From: Gonapodya sp. JEL0774
Taxonomy: Eukaryota
NCBI GenBank assembly: GCA_027604505.1
Contig: JADIIX010000118.1
Span: 49,387-69,386, forward strand
Length of the DNA stretch: 20,000 nucleotides
Direction: 5' to 3'
Within the stretch, counting starts at the first letter, position 1; each line of letters begins with the position of its first letter. The notes beneath the pieces were generated by a model that ran no database searches, had not been told where the DNA came from, and worked only from the letters and a program-made list of their open reading frames with translations. The position numbers were made by a program, and so were the translations under genes. Positions 1-11,145 of this stretch are shown in pieces.

Positions 1-154
1 CAAACCGAAACAGCGGCCGGAAAATGTCCCTAATGAGCTTAAGACTTCTATGTTCATATTTCAATACATCAGAAGTATTACTGTGGGGAGTCAGTGGGTG
101 ATCCAATTCTTTTCGCTTGAAATGAACTTGATGTGCTCCAGTCGTGCGCAGAAC
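1..154 (+). repeat. Left arm of a long inverted repeat, truncated by the window start
   Basis: 1-124 is the reverse complement of 1011-1134 at 110/124 positions by manual alignment (48/50 in the outermost visible 50 nt). Weaker similarity continues to about 154 / 982. Confidence 0.95.
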
Positions 155-981
155 CTGTATTTTCTCTCTGTGAAGGTGTATTTGCTGTGGTATCCCACTA
201 GCAAAATAAGGGAATTGTCACAAGTGAAGAGAGGGCATATTCACCGGTTGCCGCGCCAGCACGCCGGTGACCGTACGTGTACGGGAAACAGCACCGACCA
301 CGGACCACCACAGAGCAGAATATCTCATTCCAGATTCTCTCAATGTCAAGGAATATGGGGATCAGTGATAATTCGTTTCAGTTAGTGCAGATTTGAGATC
401 TGCCGACAAATTCTCTCAAATGATTCCTCGTTCTATAATCACATCAACCAAGTTAATTGCTTGAACATGGGAATGTCGAAAGTCCGTCATGGGCACAAGA
501 CAATTGCCCCTCTATGAAACAGACCACGGTGGTGCCCGGTGGCTTGTTGGCACATCACACTTCTGTTGCACGAAACGGCTATTTCGTACCAACAATAACC
601 AGTTGATCTGAGCTGCACAACACATATTGACTCTTCGTTAATGAAGGACAAACAACGTACTGGATAGTTCAAATTTGATCACTACCAGGCACCGGGAGAC
701 TGCGCCTTGAACATGTCCTCGTCCCAACTCCCAAGACACCTTTCACGTCACATCAGCCGCTTACCCCCGCTCCTCCTGTGCAGAATACATTCCCTTCAAC
801 CTGCCCAGTGACGCGCTCATATCCTGTCAGACACTGGAGAAGGCTCTCCGTGTTTTCAGAGGCGACAATCAAAGTTTGGGTCCAGAGTGAATCCAATCAC
901 CCTGTGAGGCCGCAGAACCACATTTCTGGTCTTTACAGCTTTGTGAAGCCATACAGTCGGGTAATAGGAGCTTTTGCAAAT

Positions 982-1134
982 GTTCTGCACACAACCAGAG
1001 GGCCTGAGTGCATTTCGAGCGGTAAGAATTGGATCGACCAGTGACGCCCCACAGTAATTTTTCTGATGTATTGAAATCGGAAAATAGAAGTCCTAAGCTC
1101 ATTAGGGGCATTTTCCGGCCGCTGTTTCGGTTTG
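982..1134 (-). repeat. Right arm of the long inverted repeat (may extend outward to about 1256)
   Basis: tagaagtcctaagctcattaggggcattttccggccgctgtttcggtttg (1085-1134) is the reverse complement of 1-50 with 2 mismatches. Identity is still high where the partner arm leaves the window. Confidence 0.95.
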
Positions 1135-1258
1135 AAAAACCGGTACCGAAGTGACGATGCACGTGCCGGATATTTTGTGTTGTCCCTCCCCGCACATCAA
1201 CTCTTGCCTCGATTCGTCTTGAGCTATTATGCGGTACACCCCCATCCACCACACTATA

Positions 1259-1563
1259 ACGTTGTGGAAACCTCGTATTTCAGAGCCGACGACAAAATTA
1301 CTTGATTGCGGAACTTCCTGCGTATTCAATGTCGAGTCGCGAACGCCAGAATCGAGGATGGATTGGGAGCTAAATACTGGTGAACGCGGCGATTGGCGCG
1401 ATCGGGGGACAACCATCTTACACAATGGATAGTCCAGACATGGTCGATGAATTTCATTGACTTCGCCCGGGGACGTTTTCGGTGAGGCCAACATGATGGT
1501 GGTTCGTGGTGTCTCGTTGGTCACTCCTATCTCACTCAACCGTAGTTCTGAAGCCTGCGACAT
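1259..1563 (-). other. Ser/Pro-rich open frame of unknown function running into the TIR element (possibly an interrupted exon)
   Basis: ORF 1102..1563(-) stays open across the candidate element end at about 1256. No recognisable domain. Confidence 0.25.
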
Positions 1564-2977
1564 GTTTACATAATAATCAATTCATGTCATCTACATGCTC
1601 CAAACTGATAATTCCAACAAAATCTATTGCGCTTCCTTCTCCGACACCTTCATGAACGCCTGCCATCCGCACAACCTACCAAACTGCTGCTCTTGGGATC
1701 GTGCGAGCCCATTTAACTACGAAGCAAAGTGAGGTGATGGCTCGTCGCGCAGAGCTCATATCTCGACGCGCATCTATTGCAATATCAGTTTTGCTTACTA
1801 CTCGATTCTTTCTAAGTTTTGCCCGTCTGCATTGCCAAGTCATCCACTCCCTCCCTCGACATCATTCCAACCTTCCCCACACCAGCTCCATCCTCTCTCC
1901 TTCAACTCTGTTCTCGCCGCACCCATCCTAGCCGCCACCACTCCACCCTCCGCGGCTCCATCTCACCTTCGCTCTTCCCTTCCCAAGACACCACCGAACC
2001 CCATCTCCGTCTCCCTACTCGTACCTCCACCACCTCCACCTCTACCGACCAGTTTGCAGCTCTCAGCCGCCAGCGCTTGCTTCGAGCTCCCCGTCGACCT
2101 TGCGGTGTATATCACAGGGAAGGGAGTAGTGGTGCGCGCGATCCGAGTAGCCGTGGTAGTGGTACAGGGAAGAACGGCGATGTGGACGACTCTGGATTGG
2201 TCGACTTTTCAGACACGGAGTGGTCGACGTCCGTACAACACCAGGTCAAGCCCAATCGCGGCCCCAGGTTGTCTCTCGACCCGGCAGGGGACTCCACCGG
2301 GTCCGCCCCATCGCCACCTAATCCGACATTAACTCCAAATCTGCCAGTACCGTGCCTTGTCAGACGAGCGGTTGCGGCAAGAGGACGAGCGACAGCTCCG
2401 TCGAGGGACTGCTCGAGGAGAGCACGTGACCAGGGAGTCAAACGACTTCGAGTGCGGCACTACGGACCATCTAGACTCGACCACGGGGCATTGAGCAAGA
2501 ACTGGACGCGGTTGCGGGTGAGAGCAGAGGGTGATACGGGTTGGGACAGCGGTTCGAAGACGCGAGAACGACAGGGACACGTCCAGGGACCCGAGCAGCA
2601 AGGTGGTTCCGGCCTGGTCTCGTCGATCTATGACGGTCCCTCAGGTCATTCAATGCAGGACAGGGCTGCAGATGAAGTAGACCAAGTCACGTTTGAACCC
2701 TGTCTGGATCCAGGCACATTCAGATTCCCCCACAACCACATGAGCTCATACCTCGGCGCGTCATGTTAACCCCGTTTCCAGTCGCGGCCATCCAAATCTC
2801 ACCACTTTAGACTCTCGTGCCACCTCGTACTGCACCTCCTTGTTGAGTGTGGTTGTGCATGATTGCGCAAGTCTTCAGGTTCCGATCTTCCAGGGCAGAG
2901 CACTCTTATTAAAATGGGGACAGGGGACTGTACCAGGCTGGCCAGTTTGGGTGACTTTAAAATTGTATTCAGAGCCT

Positions 2978-4630
2978 TTACTCAATATATTCACATTGCT
3001 TGTAGAAAAGAATGGGCAAATCACGGTGCTGTGTTGAGCTTCACAGATTGAAAGAAGTCATAACCAAGGGACACTCACTTCAAACCAAACATGCTCCAAT
3101 GCAGCAGATGCACTCAACCTTTTGTCCGGATCTGCCTGTAGCAAGTTAGTGATCAAATCCTTACACTCTTTTGTTCTACCTCCCCAGCAGGAACCATCAA
3201 AGTTAAAGTCTGCATTCTTTATCCTATCAATCTGATGGGCTTCTGATAGTCCCGGTAAGTTTTCTTCATTGCCAAATGGAGATTCTAAGGAAGTGAGCAT
3301 ATCTAATGTGAAGTATTGTTGTTAGGAGCAAGCATGGTGGCAAGTGGGCAATCACACATACACAACAGAACACCTGCGGCCCAACAGTCAACCTTTTCAT
3401 TGTACTGTTTTCCAAGGAATACTTCTGGAGCCATGTACGCAATGGTGCCAACATGTGAGCTGCGTCGAGTTTTGGGACCTCCAATGGCTGCAACCCCAAA
3501 GTCTGTCTGCAAATGGCCATGCAAGGAAGTTAACAGACACCAGTAACTCAGAAACAGATTAAAAGTGACCTACAAGCTTGATGCTAAAGTCTTGGATGTT
3601 GCTGTTGCACATCAGTACATTTTCCAACTGAAGTGACCCAAACTTGTTAGGTGCCGAGTGACATGAGGAACGTACTGGACACTTACTTTGATATCACGAT
3701 GAACTATGTTTATCGAATGAAGATATGTCAAGGCTTCAAAGAGTTGTCGCATCACCGTTGCACACTGACGCTCTGACATGTCCACATCCATCATGCGGTC
3801 AAACAAGCAGCCACCTGCACAGAGGTCCATCACCAAAAAAGCATGCTCTTTGGTCCTTTCAAAGTCAAATAAGTGGACAATCCTTTCATGTGATACAGTC
3901 TGCAGAGCCTCAAGCTCATCATCCAAACGTGCGAGATTTGGTACCAACTTGCACCAGATGGTTTTCAGAGCAAAATGTTTCAAATTGCGGTCTTCATTAT
4001 GTTCCAAATTTTCATTTGCAATTTCCTCGACTTCATAGACGGTGGCATATGCACCACTTTGGGTTCCGAACGTGTTATTGGATGGAAGAAATTCATTTAA
4101 CCATACTACTCACCGGCCAAGCTCCTTCCCCAAATTAAATCGACCGCTAAATCTCATAGGAAGAAGTTCACGTCGTAGTGACAGTGGCGTGTTGGTACTG
4201 ACAACTGGTTAATGAGAGTCACGCATTGTGTAGAAGTACTCCAGAACAACAATACCAACGGAAACCCACCCGATGTTGCACGAGAGCGTAGACTTCGAAC
4301 GCTTTGCTTCCTTTCCGCACTAGACTGCACGAGTGTATCGTTATTCAAGACCTTAAGGGTTCGTTTCCTCGTTGGTCCCCGACTCATTGCCGCCATTGAG
4401 TTTGTTCGAAGGGCTGTAGCAAGGTCAATGGGACGCTGCAATAATTCTGATGTAGTAGATCCTCTTTTGCTTTGCACGGGGGAAGGAAGCCACGAGCGAC
4501 TCCCACTATCCGCTGACTCGAGATTCGAGAAAGGATCAGTGATATCGACCGCCAACCGGGCATCCATGATTCGGAGAGGATCAACTGGTACGGCTTTAAC
4601 GCTGAGCTTTGATAACTTGGAATCCGACAT
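2978..4630 (-). CDS. CAMK-group Ser/Thr protein kinase, ~431 aa, 7 exons (4630-4270, 4204-4114, 4056-3687, 3627-3574, 3506-3362, 3302-3079, 3028-2978; last exon uncertain)
   Basis: Phase-consistent GT-AG splicing joins LGRGAYATV, FALK, DDELEAL, LVMDLCAGGCLFDRM, HRDIKLEN, TDFG, GTIAYMAPE, KVDCWAAGVLLY and KDLITNLLQADPDKRLSASAALEHVWF, so all catalytic subdomains are present. Confidence 0.93.
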
Positions 4631-4700
4631 GCGAGGAAGTGTGATTCGATTCAATGTGGTTAAGGGAACGACTTAGCACCAACAGGTTGTTGCTGTGGTC
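4631..4700. promoter_or_regulatory. Putative bidirectional promoter / overlapping 5' UTRs
   Basis: Only 70 bp separate the first in-frame ATG of the kinase (4630, -) from that of the EFCAB5-like gene (4701, +). Confidence 0.55.
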
Positions 4701-7700
4701 ATGAAGATCTCCCTCCCCCCACAGGATGACACCCCCCCAATTCCAACAACTGTGATGCTTCACACAAGCGCGAGTCGCAATCAATCTCTAAACCAGTTTG
4801 CAACATCATCTGTATTGCCCGGGCTGCCTTCCGATAACAAGAAGCCACACGATGTTCTGTCGCGCCTCGGTGTCGACTTTGAATTCGATTATCCTCAGGA
4901 TGCTTCCTTGGAACAACTGATCGGGCATCTGGAAAGTCGCCTTTATCTTTCACGACACGTCTTTCCTGGACTGGTGCCAGCTTTGGAGCGCCTTGCAAAA
5001 GAAGTAGAGGCCAAAGGAATCGTTGGATCCCATCCATCGGCCTCAAACAAGTCGAGAATTGGCAGATTGTCGATGCTCGGAAGATTTCGAAAGGATTCAA
5101 CAATGGACAGCTTTAACCCTATTATATGGCTCGGTACAGTTACTCCTTTCCCCACTCTTCGTTGCTTTTGCGTCACTTCCCTTTCACTCGCAGGTCAGTA
5201 TCTTTTTCGACACAATCCACTCCATTCGGCCGATGTGTCGTCTTCCGCATCAGATTACTATCTCAGAACATTGCAAGACACTGTTGTTTCACAGGAGTCC
5301 CGCTTGCATCACCTTAAAGCCTGCAGAGATTCCGAGGGGAGGTATAAATTGTTGCTCAACAAGTTGAAGAGTCAAGCCACGCAACGATTCGAGGTATTGA
5401 GAACGACAGTTTGGCGTGCATGCATGTCTGCACTAGAACGGCGATTCGGTGAAAGCAGAGACGCGTTCATCAGGCTTTTCGAATTAGTGAGTATCGCACG
5501 CAGTTGGACCGAACCATGAATTCGATATTGTCAACCTAAATCACGGTATTTAGCACCAAGTGTTTGTTTGTGCTGCATCAGACCCTCGCCTGCAATCGAC
5601 GGATGAAACTTCTTCCCACCTTCAAAGTGTTCTTGCAGCGATAAAGCGCGAACACGTGTCATCTCTTCCTACCACATTCTCGAATGAAGTCAATCAGAAA
5701 TTGGGACAGAAGAATACCTGGCTTGAGAAACGGACCGCCGAGGATTTTGCCTCTCTTGTTATAAATGGGACGGGGTCCGCAAGGACTTCTGCTTTAGCAA
5801 CTTGCTCCGATGAAAGCTTTTGTCATTTCGTGGAAACGTTGATATCATCTCTTGAGAGCTATGGAGAATCGCTGTCGAACTTGGAGAGTCCAGAGAATCT
5901 CATTGTAAGGCTCACATCCGCAGTGACCAAAATGAAAGGTGCACTTGGCTCCTGTTGGCAGCAAAATATGCAAAAGATTATGAAGGCTTGGGCATCTGGA
6001 GTGGAGATCAATCATCAGGAGGCAGAGCTTCCTGATTTTGACTCCGCGGGTGTTGAGCAATTGTTCATCGAGCATCTCGCGGACAGTGATTTGAATAGCG
6101 ACAAGAACTTAAGCAATTTGGGGAATCAGTTGCTTCATTCACACGGCGTAAGGGCTGCACTTTCTGTCGCAACTTATATGGAGGAGCTTCTTGCGTCCAC
6201 CGGCAAGCTTGAGACTGTACTTGGGTTGGAAAACAAGAGACACCAAAACACCAAATCACTTGGTCATCAAGAGCTTTCGGGCGTGTATCATGACAGTTCA
6301 AACTCTCAAGATATGAAGTGTTTGGCAGAGAAGATGGAGTCTGATAAACGGGAACGGGAACTGACATTGGAAGCAGTTTTTGATATGCTGGATAAGGTAA
6401 CTATTTTTGATTTGATGCAATCAGATGATTCAAACTGACTTATACCTTCTTCAAATATTTGAGACTCATTCTGGAGGACTCCAGTCTTCTGTTCTCTTCA
6501 GTGTATTTTCAAGAGCGTTATCTGCAGAGGCTCAACTCCCTCCTCATGTTGCCGCGGTACTGAGCCAACTTGGACAAATACCGCTGGCACATCAGATAGT
6601 GAGCAGGGCTGAGTGGATTAGACATACTCTCCAGGTGCTAGAGCACGCAGCAAATTCGGGCATGTTTGTTGACCTCGAAGGCCTTGCGTATGGTGTAACA
6701 ACTCTTCTTCAACTGGAAGAATCAACATCCAGGCATCCCGTTTCATTAGCAAGTCGCAAGCATGATCTGCTCGCGCAACGAAGCAAGCTTGTTGTGGACC
6801 TGGAAGAGCTTGCAAATGAAATGGACCTCACAGCACTCAAGTTTTCTGAGCGGGCAGCCACATTAATCACAGAGGCTCTCTCTAACGGTCAATCGCAAGG
6901 TCACAAGGGGTTTGCCGTCAAGATTTTGGTGAAAGACCCCACCACATCTGGTGTGGAGGGCCATTCAGCTCTCAAATGTATTGGCGTCGGCGGAAATACT
7001 CCACACCTTGACGATTACCGGGATCAACATCTGGGATCCGTTGTCTACGATGGCTCCTTTGAATATGATTGCTGTTTCAATAACATTCCTATTGTTTCAC
7101 GCAGTACCTCTGGTGAATTACAGACCATATCCATTGCCGTTCCTATGAGCGAAGTGGGATGTCTGGTACTGGATTCCTTTCTCAAGAAGGATGGAACTGA
7201 TCAGGAAGAAGATTTGTCTGAGTTCATGGAGGTAATCTGCTTTCGTTGACCAGTACCATTTGTATATTCAAACGGATTGCTTGTCAGTCTATCTCCACTA
7301 CAGTGTGCAAGTGCCTTCGATTAATTGACTCACGATTCCGCGCACTCACACTCGCCGCATCAGCGCGCGAGTTTGTGCAGACAACACACCCTGACATGGA
7401 AATTGGCGTGTACATGGTGGATCAGGCTCACCCTGGGACTTTATGGAGAGTTACTGAGGCGGACAAAGAGGAAGATTGGACGGCGAGTGGCTTGGAGGCG
7501 TGGGGCGGGTGTGGTTTAAATATTCAGAGGGTCAACAGTGACACTACCAAGTAAGAACTTTTTTGAACTGCCGTCCAGGAGTGAAACTCTTTCGATTAAT
7601 TTGTCGCCGTCATTCCATCACAGCGCTTTCCTTTTCGAGTCTGCACGCACAAACACCAAGGTGACATGTGTCGCAAGCCCATCGCTCACTGCCATTCCCA

Positions 7701-8650
7701 TCCCTGATTCAACCTCTGGGGATGGAACTCCATCAGTTACCGCGGTGATCAGCGTAAGAGGGACCACTGATAAGAATCCTCTCGAAGAGGACGTTGAAGA
7801 CGTTCGTCAACTTGGGGATGTGTTGGGTCAAGGATTAGCTATGATAAACAACGATGGAGGGCCTCAACGTGGAATCCCAGAGACGCAAGGTACGTTAGTT
7901 ATGTTCATTAGTTAACTGTCAAACCAGCTCCTACCATTCTTTTTGGGGTTTAGATGCAGAGAGTTCCTCACCGCTTGTTCAACGTGCTTTGCTGTTTGGG
8001 AGACTCGTCCTGAAACGTGCTCAAACGTTACTGTCGCAAATTGATGCTAAGACTTTGGCAGAGCTTAAATCGTACAAGAAGCCGCCGGCCCTCGTGCATA
8101 TTGTTATAAAATGCATCATGTTGGTGTTTGGTAAGAAATTGGAGGACGTAAAAGGATGGGGGGAGACTGCAAAGGTAAGAGCTCTGTTCGACAGGGTGTT
8201 ACGGAGTGTTTTTGTGTTTAAGGGCACACTTTTCATCTGTGATACTCAGCTGCTGACTGTCGATTTGCTTAAGTCGATGCAAGCTTACGATCCTACGGCT
8301 CTACAAAAAAAGAAAAGATTTGAGCAAGTTAGAAAACTTCTGAAATGTGGGTCCAAGTCCGTATTTTGAAGAACTCACCTGTGTAATTAATGGTGATCGT
8401 TGATTGATTGTCAGCAATCAAGACGGATGATGTCCGCCACCACGCCTCGCTTCCAACGCAGCTTATGCACAATTGGTTGGTAGTGTCTCTTGCATTGAGG
8501 GACAAAGCTGTCAAGGAACGGAAGCGAATGAAAGAATCTCAATCGTTAGGAGCTTTGGGATCGGAATTGGATGATACCGAGGAGGCAGAGGGTCCTCTGC
8601 ACGACGAATTTGGGGACGAATTAGACTACGAGAACCAAGAGCCCGTTTGA
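4701..8650 (+). CDS. EFCAB5: EF-hand calcium-binding domain-containing protein 5-like, ~1139 aa, 9 exons (4701-5133, 5194-5486, 5554-6396, 6464-7231, 7288-7550, 7624-7889, 7954-8174, 8250-8346, 8415-8650)
   Basis: Eight GT-AG introns of 56-75 nt give one continuous 3420-nt frame. The N-terminal ESRLYLSRHVFPGLVPALERLAKEVE...FNPIIWLGQYLFRHNP resembles the Dpy-30/RIIa-like docking domain of EFCAB5. It also has a degenerate EF-hand-like FDMLDKTHSGGL, GAF-like segments and C-terminal AELKSYKKPPALVHIVIK. Family recognised from memory, not from a search. Confidence 0.85.
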
Positions 8651-9162
8651 TCTGCTAGAGATACGGTTTTGCGAATCAAGATGCTGGTGCTCAGATGATG
8701 ATGCGCATATATCTTTTGATCATTCTTATGCACTATATTGGAAGAAACTGTTCGACCTAGTTCACCCTTTCCTCCATTAAGTACTCTCAATGTCATAGTA
8801 TCACTTGAGAATCGCCGCAAACCCCGGAAGCACCCACTTGTTCAATTTCCACTGTTTGCAGAACTCGCGACACCGACTATGCCATACAGGAAACTGAACC
8901 AGCAATGCTTGACTCAAAACACCCCTTGCCTCAATTGCACACGTGCTAAATTACCCCTAACTTCGAATCTCTTGTGAAGGTGGGATATTTCTCGATCTCC
9001 TTGATGCAGGGAGCTGTGCCTCTTTGGGGACCAACCCACCGTTGCTCTTTCACTACGTCGATTCTTACTTGAACCTTCAACGAGTTGGTGTTACCGCGAT
9101 TTCCTCGAAACATCAATGATGGTGCACTCACCGGAACCCCCGATCGATGCTGCTGGTCTTCC

Positions 9163-9454
9163 TTCCTTGTTGACGAGACCATCTACGCCACCGTCTCCGC
9201 CAATGCATGTACGAGGTACGCATCTCCAGAGTCCTCCTTTTTCATTCGATCTTCCTTCAAACATCACCCAATCCCCGATTCTCCAGAAAATTTATCTCTT
9301 AGGAACTTCTCTTGCCCGTCCTATTATTGCCCGCAGCCAGATTGAAGTCGCGAAACGTGAAGGGTGCGACTATGTTTCCCACCGTTGCACTGGAAAGGGA
9401 AACGACCAGGTCCGGTTCGAAATTTCCTACTACTACGCTCTTATGCCCTCGTAG
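9163..9454 (+). pseudogene. ARG1: Argininosuccinate synthase internal fragment retaining an intron (9216-9286)
   Basis: [15 protein letters not shown](frameshift)[58 protein letters not shown]. It carries the family motifs [10 protein letters not shown] and [10 protein letters not shown]. The conserved Gly of SHGxTG is Arg, there is a 1-nt frameshift near 9206, and no N- or C-terminal parts are seen in the window. Confidence 0.92.
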
Positions 9455-10300
9455 AATTTCCCAAATCAATTATATCCTTAATAATCTCAGTAGTTTCATC
9501 AGTCCGATCAAGAATGATCTGCGGATCGTTTGACCAGTGGGAATCACTTCGAGCTTCCATTAGAGGAGGGAATCTCATGATCTGACAAAACTCACAGCAA
9601 TTTTCGCATCTCGATCAATGTTTAGCTCCGCAGTGTTCACGATCAATGCATCCAAGCGAGCTTCCACGTTTTCAATAACACAGCAAAGTCTTCGGAGACA
9701 AGTCTAAAGGCACGCAGAAATGGATTTACACAAATCACCAACAATAAACCAGATAATATTGCTTCCTCAACTCACTTCAAGTTTGATCTCACGCGCATGC
9801 ACCCGATCAGCTTCACGAGTGGAACTTTCAATGAAGGATGCCGGCTCTGATTTTACAGATACAGTTGTGGAAAGCACTTCCTGGCAAAACCAATGCATTC
9901 TGATGTCACCATTCTCTCTATCAAACAGATTTTCGGCAAAACTCACTTGAGCGAAATCACATTTGCAAGAATGCTCTTGATCAGATTTGAGAGAAGGAGG
10001 GGCTGATGACATGGCTTGAGTCTCGATGGGCGCGGAAGGGCTACTCAGTACCATCGCGCTACCACACGTTCAGGCATTTGCTGGCGCTCGCGCGGGCCTC
10101 GCTCCACTCGGGAGACATACTCACGGGACGACTTCTGCCCTTGACTCACTCCTTTGCGGACCTCACCTTTGCACTAGCAGAGCGTCGTTTCTGTTTGTTA
10201 AATCAGCCTGGAGGACTCTCATGTCTATGTTGAGAAAGGTGACTGTATCGAGGGCGGCGAGTTCGTTTTCACGCGAGAGTTGAGCGTTGATCTGGAGTTT
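9441..10300 (-). pseudogene. Spliced fragment of an unknown, probably helical/coiled-coil protein gene
   Basis: Three phase-0 exons (9880-9776, 9703-9596, 9518-9441) with GTGAGT donors and YAG acceptors read [96 protein letters not shown]. The upstream part (9947-10300) has stops and frame breaks. Confidence 0.5.
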
Positions 10301-10356
10301 GTTGCAGAGTGGGACCAACCCTGTCAACGCTCCCAGCCAGGGGACGCGAAAAATAT

Positions 10357-11145
10357 TCACAGTTTCATGTAGTGGGAAAATGAGAGCACGAAAGACTGGG
10401 GTGTGCGGTGCAGTTCTGATGACGCCCCCGCATGCTCATTCTCCTCATCCGCATCCATACCGAATCCCGCACCATCACTCGCGCACACCTCCTTCCCCAC
10501 GAGCTCGTCGGCGTCATGGACCAGTTGGTGGCCAGATTGGTAAGTATACATTGGATGGGAGGATGGGCACCATGGATCCAGGGGCACGAGAGAGGGTGGA
10601 ACCGTCCCGACCAAGTAAAGCAGGTGCCTCCTTGGAAGGGAGTTCACGACGGTGGGGCGGTTCATCGTAAAGCTCGTCGCGACGAGCCCGAAATCTCCCC
10701 TAAAGGACGACGGTGCCGAGCTCGTTCCACCTGTGGCATCAGTATTGCGTATACGTGCAGCGTGGCTTCCCTCTACTACCAGAATGAACAAAGGTTTGAG
10801 GTGAGAACACAGAATCGCTCGCAACCAAACCAAACCGCCGACACATATCCGAGCTCGAGGAAAACTGTCCGCCCGAACTTACCGCCTTCTTGCTGGCACC
10901 GGCGGCGTCTTCAATCCTCCCTGAGCTGGCTCCGGCTCTTCCGACCCCACTGATCCCATCTTCTTCGCCATGCCCTGCCACATCCTCCTCCTCCCCGTCT
11001 AACGCTGTTTCCTTGATCTCCACCTTGAGCTTCCTCTGTCTCCTCCTCTCATCTTCTGGTCGGAATCGTTTAGTACTTCTGTCGAAGTGGTCTCAAGGGT
11101 ATCGTTGAAGGTAGAGGGGTGGGCAAAGGTAACCATCTGCACCAT
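10357..11145 (-). pseudogene. Decayed coding-like segment, product unknown
   Basis: Successive protein-like stretches lie in different frames: MVQMVTFAHPSTFNDTLETTSTEVLNDS / EDERRRQRKLKVEIKETALDGEEED / RRHLLYLVGTVPPSLVPLDPWCPSSHPMYTYQSGHQLVHDADE. No family recognised. Confidence 0.3.

Larger units (their letters stand above)
1..1256. mobile_element. Putative non-autonomous DNA transposon (long-TIR / foldback / MITE-like)
   Basis: Inverted arms of at least 150 bp flank ~830 bp with no recognisable transposase motif. The candidate right terminus reads TA|TAGTGTGG on the minus strand (1258 downward), resembling the Tc1/mariner TA|CAGTG end. Terminus position and superfamily are inferred. Confidence 0.6.

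Noticed and set aside
1819..2769. 316-aa ORF and overlapping ORFs; YRALSDERLRQEDERQL (~2348-2400) faintly recalls the end of a J-domain
   Set aside because: GC-rich low-complexity sequence open in several frames, non-ATG start, no HPD motif and no consistent splice model.
3316..4676. Plus-strand ORFs 3316..3546, 3725..4138, 3778..4038 and 4212..4676
   Set aside because: Antisense shadows of the kinase exons.
10690..10810. Minus-strand FSPQTFVHSGS...WNELGTVV faintly recalls the Ctf4/AND-1 SepB domain start
   Set aside because: Too few matching residues, interrupted by stops, and the downstream motifs are absent.
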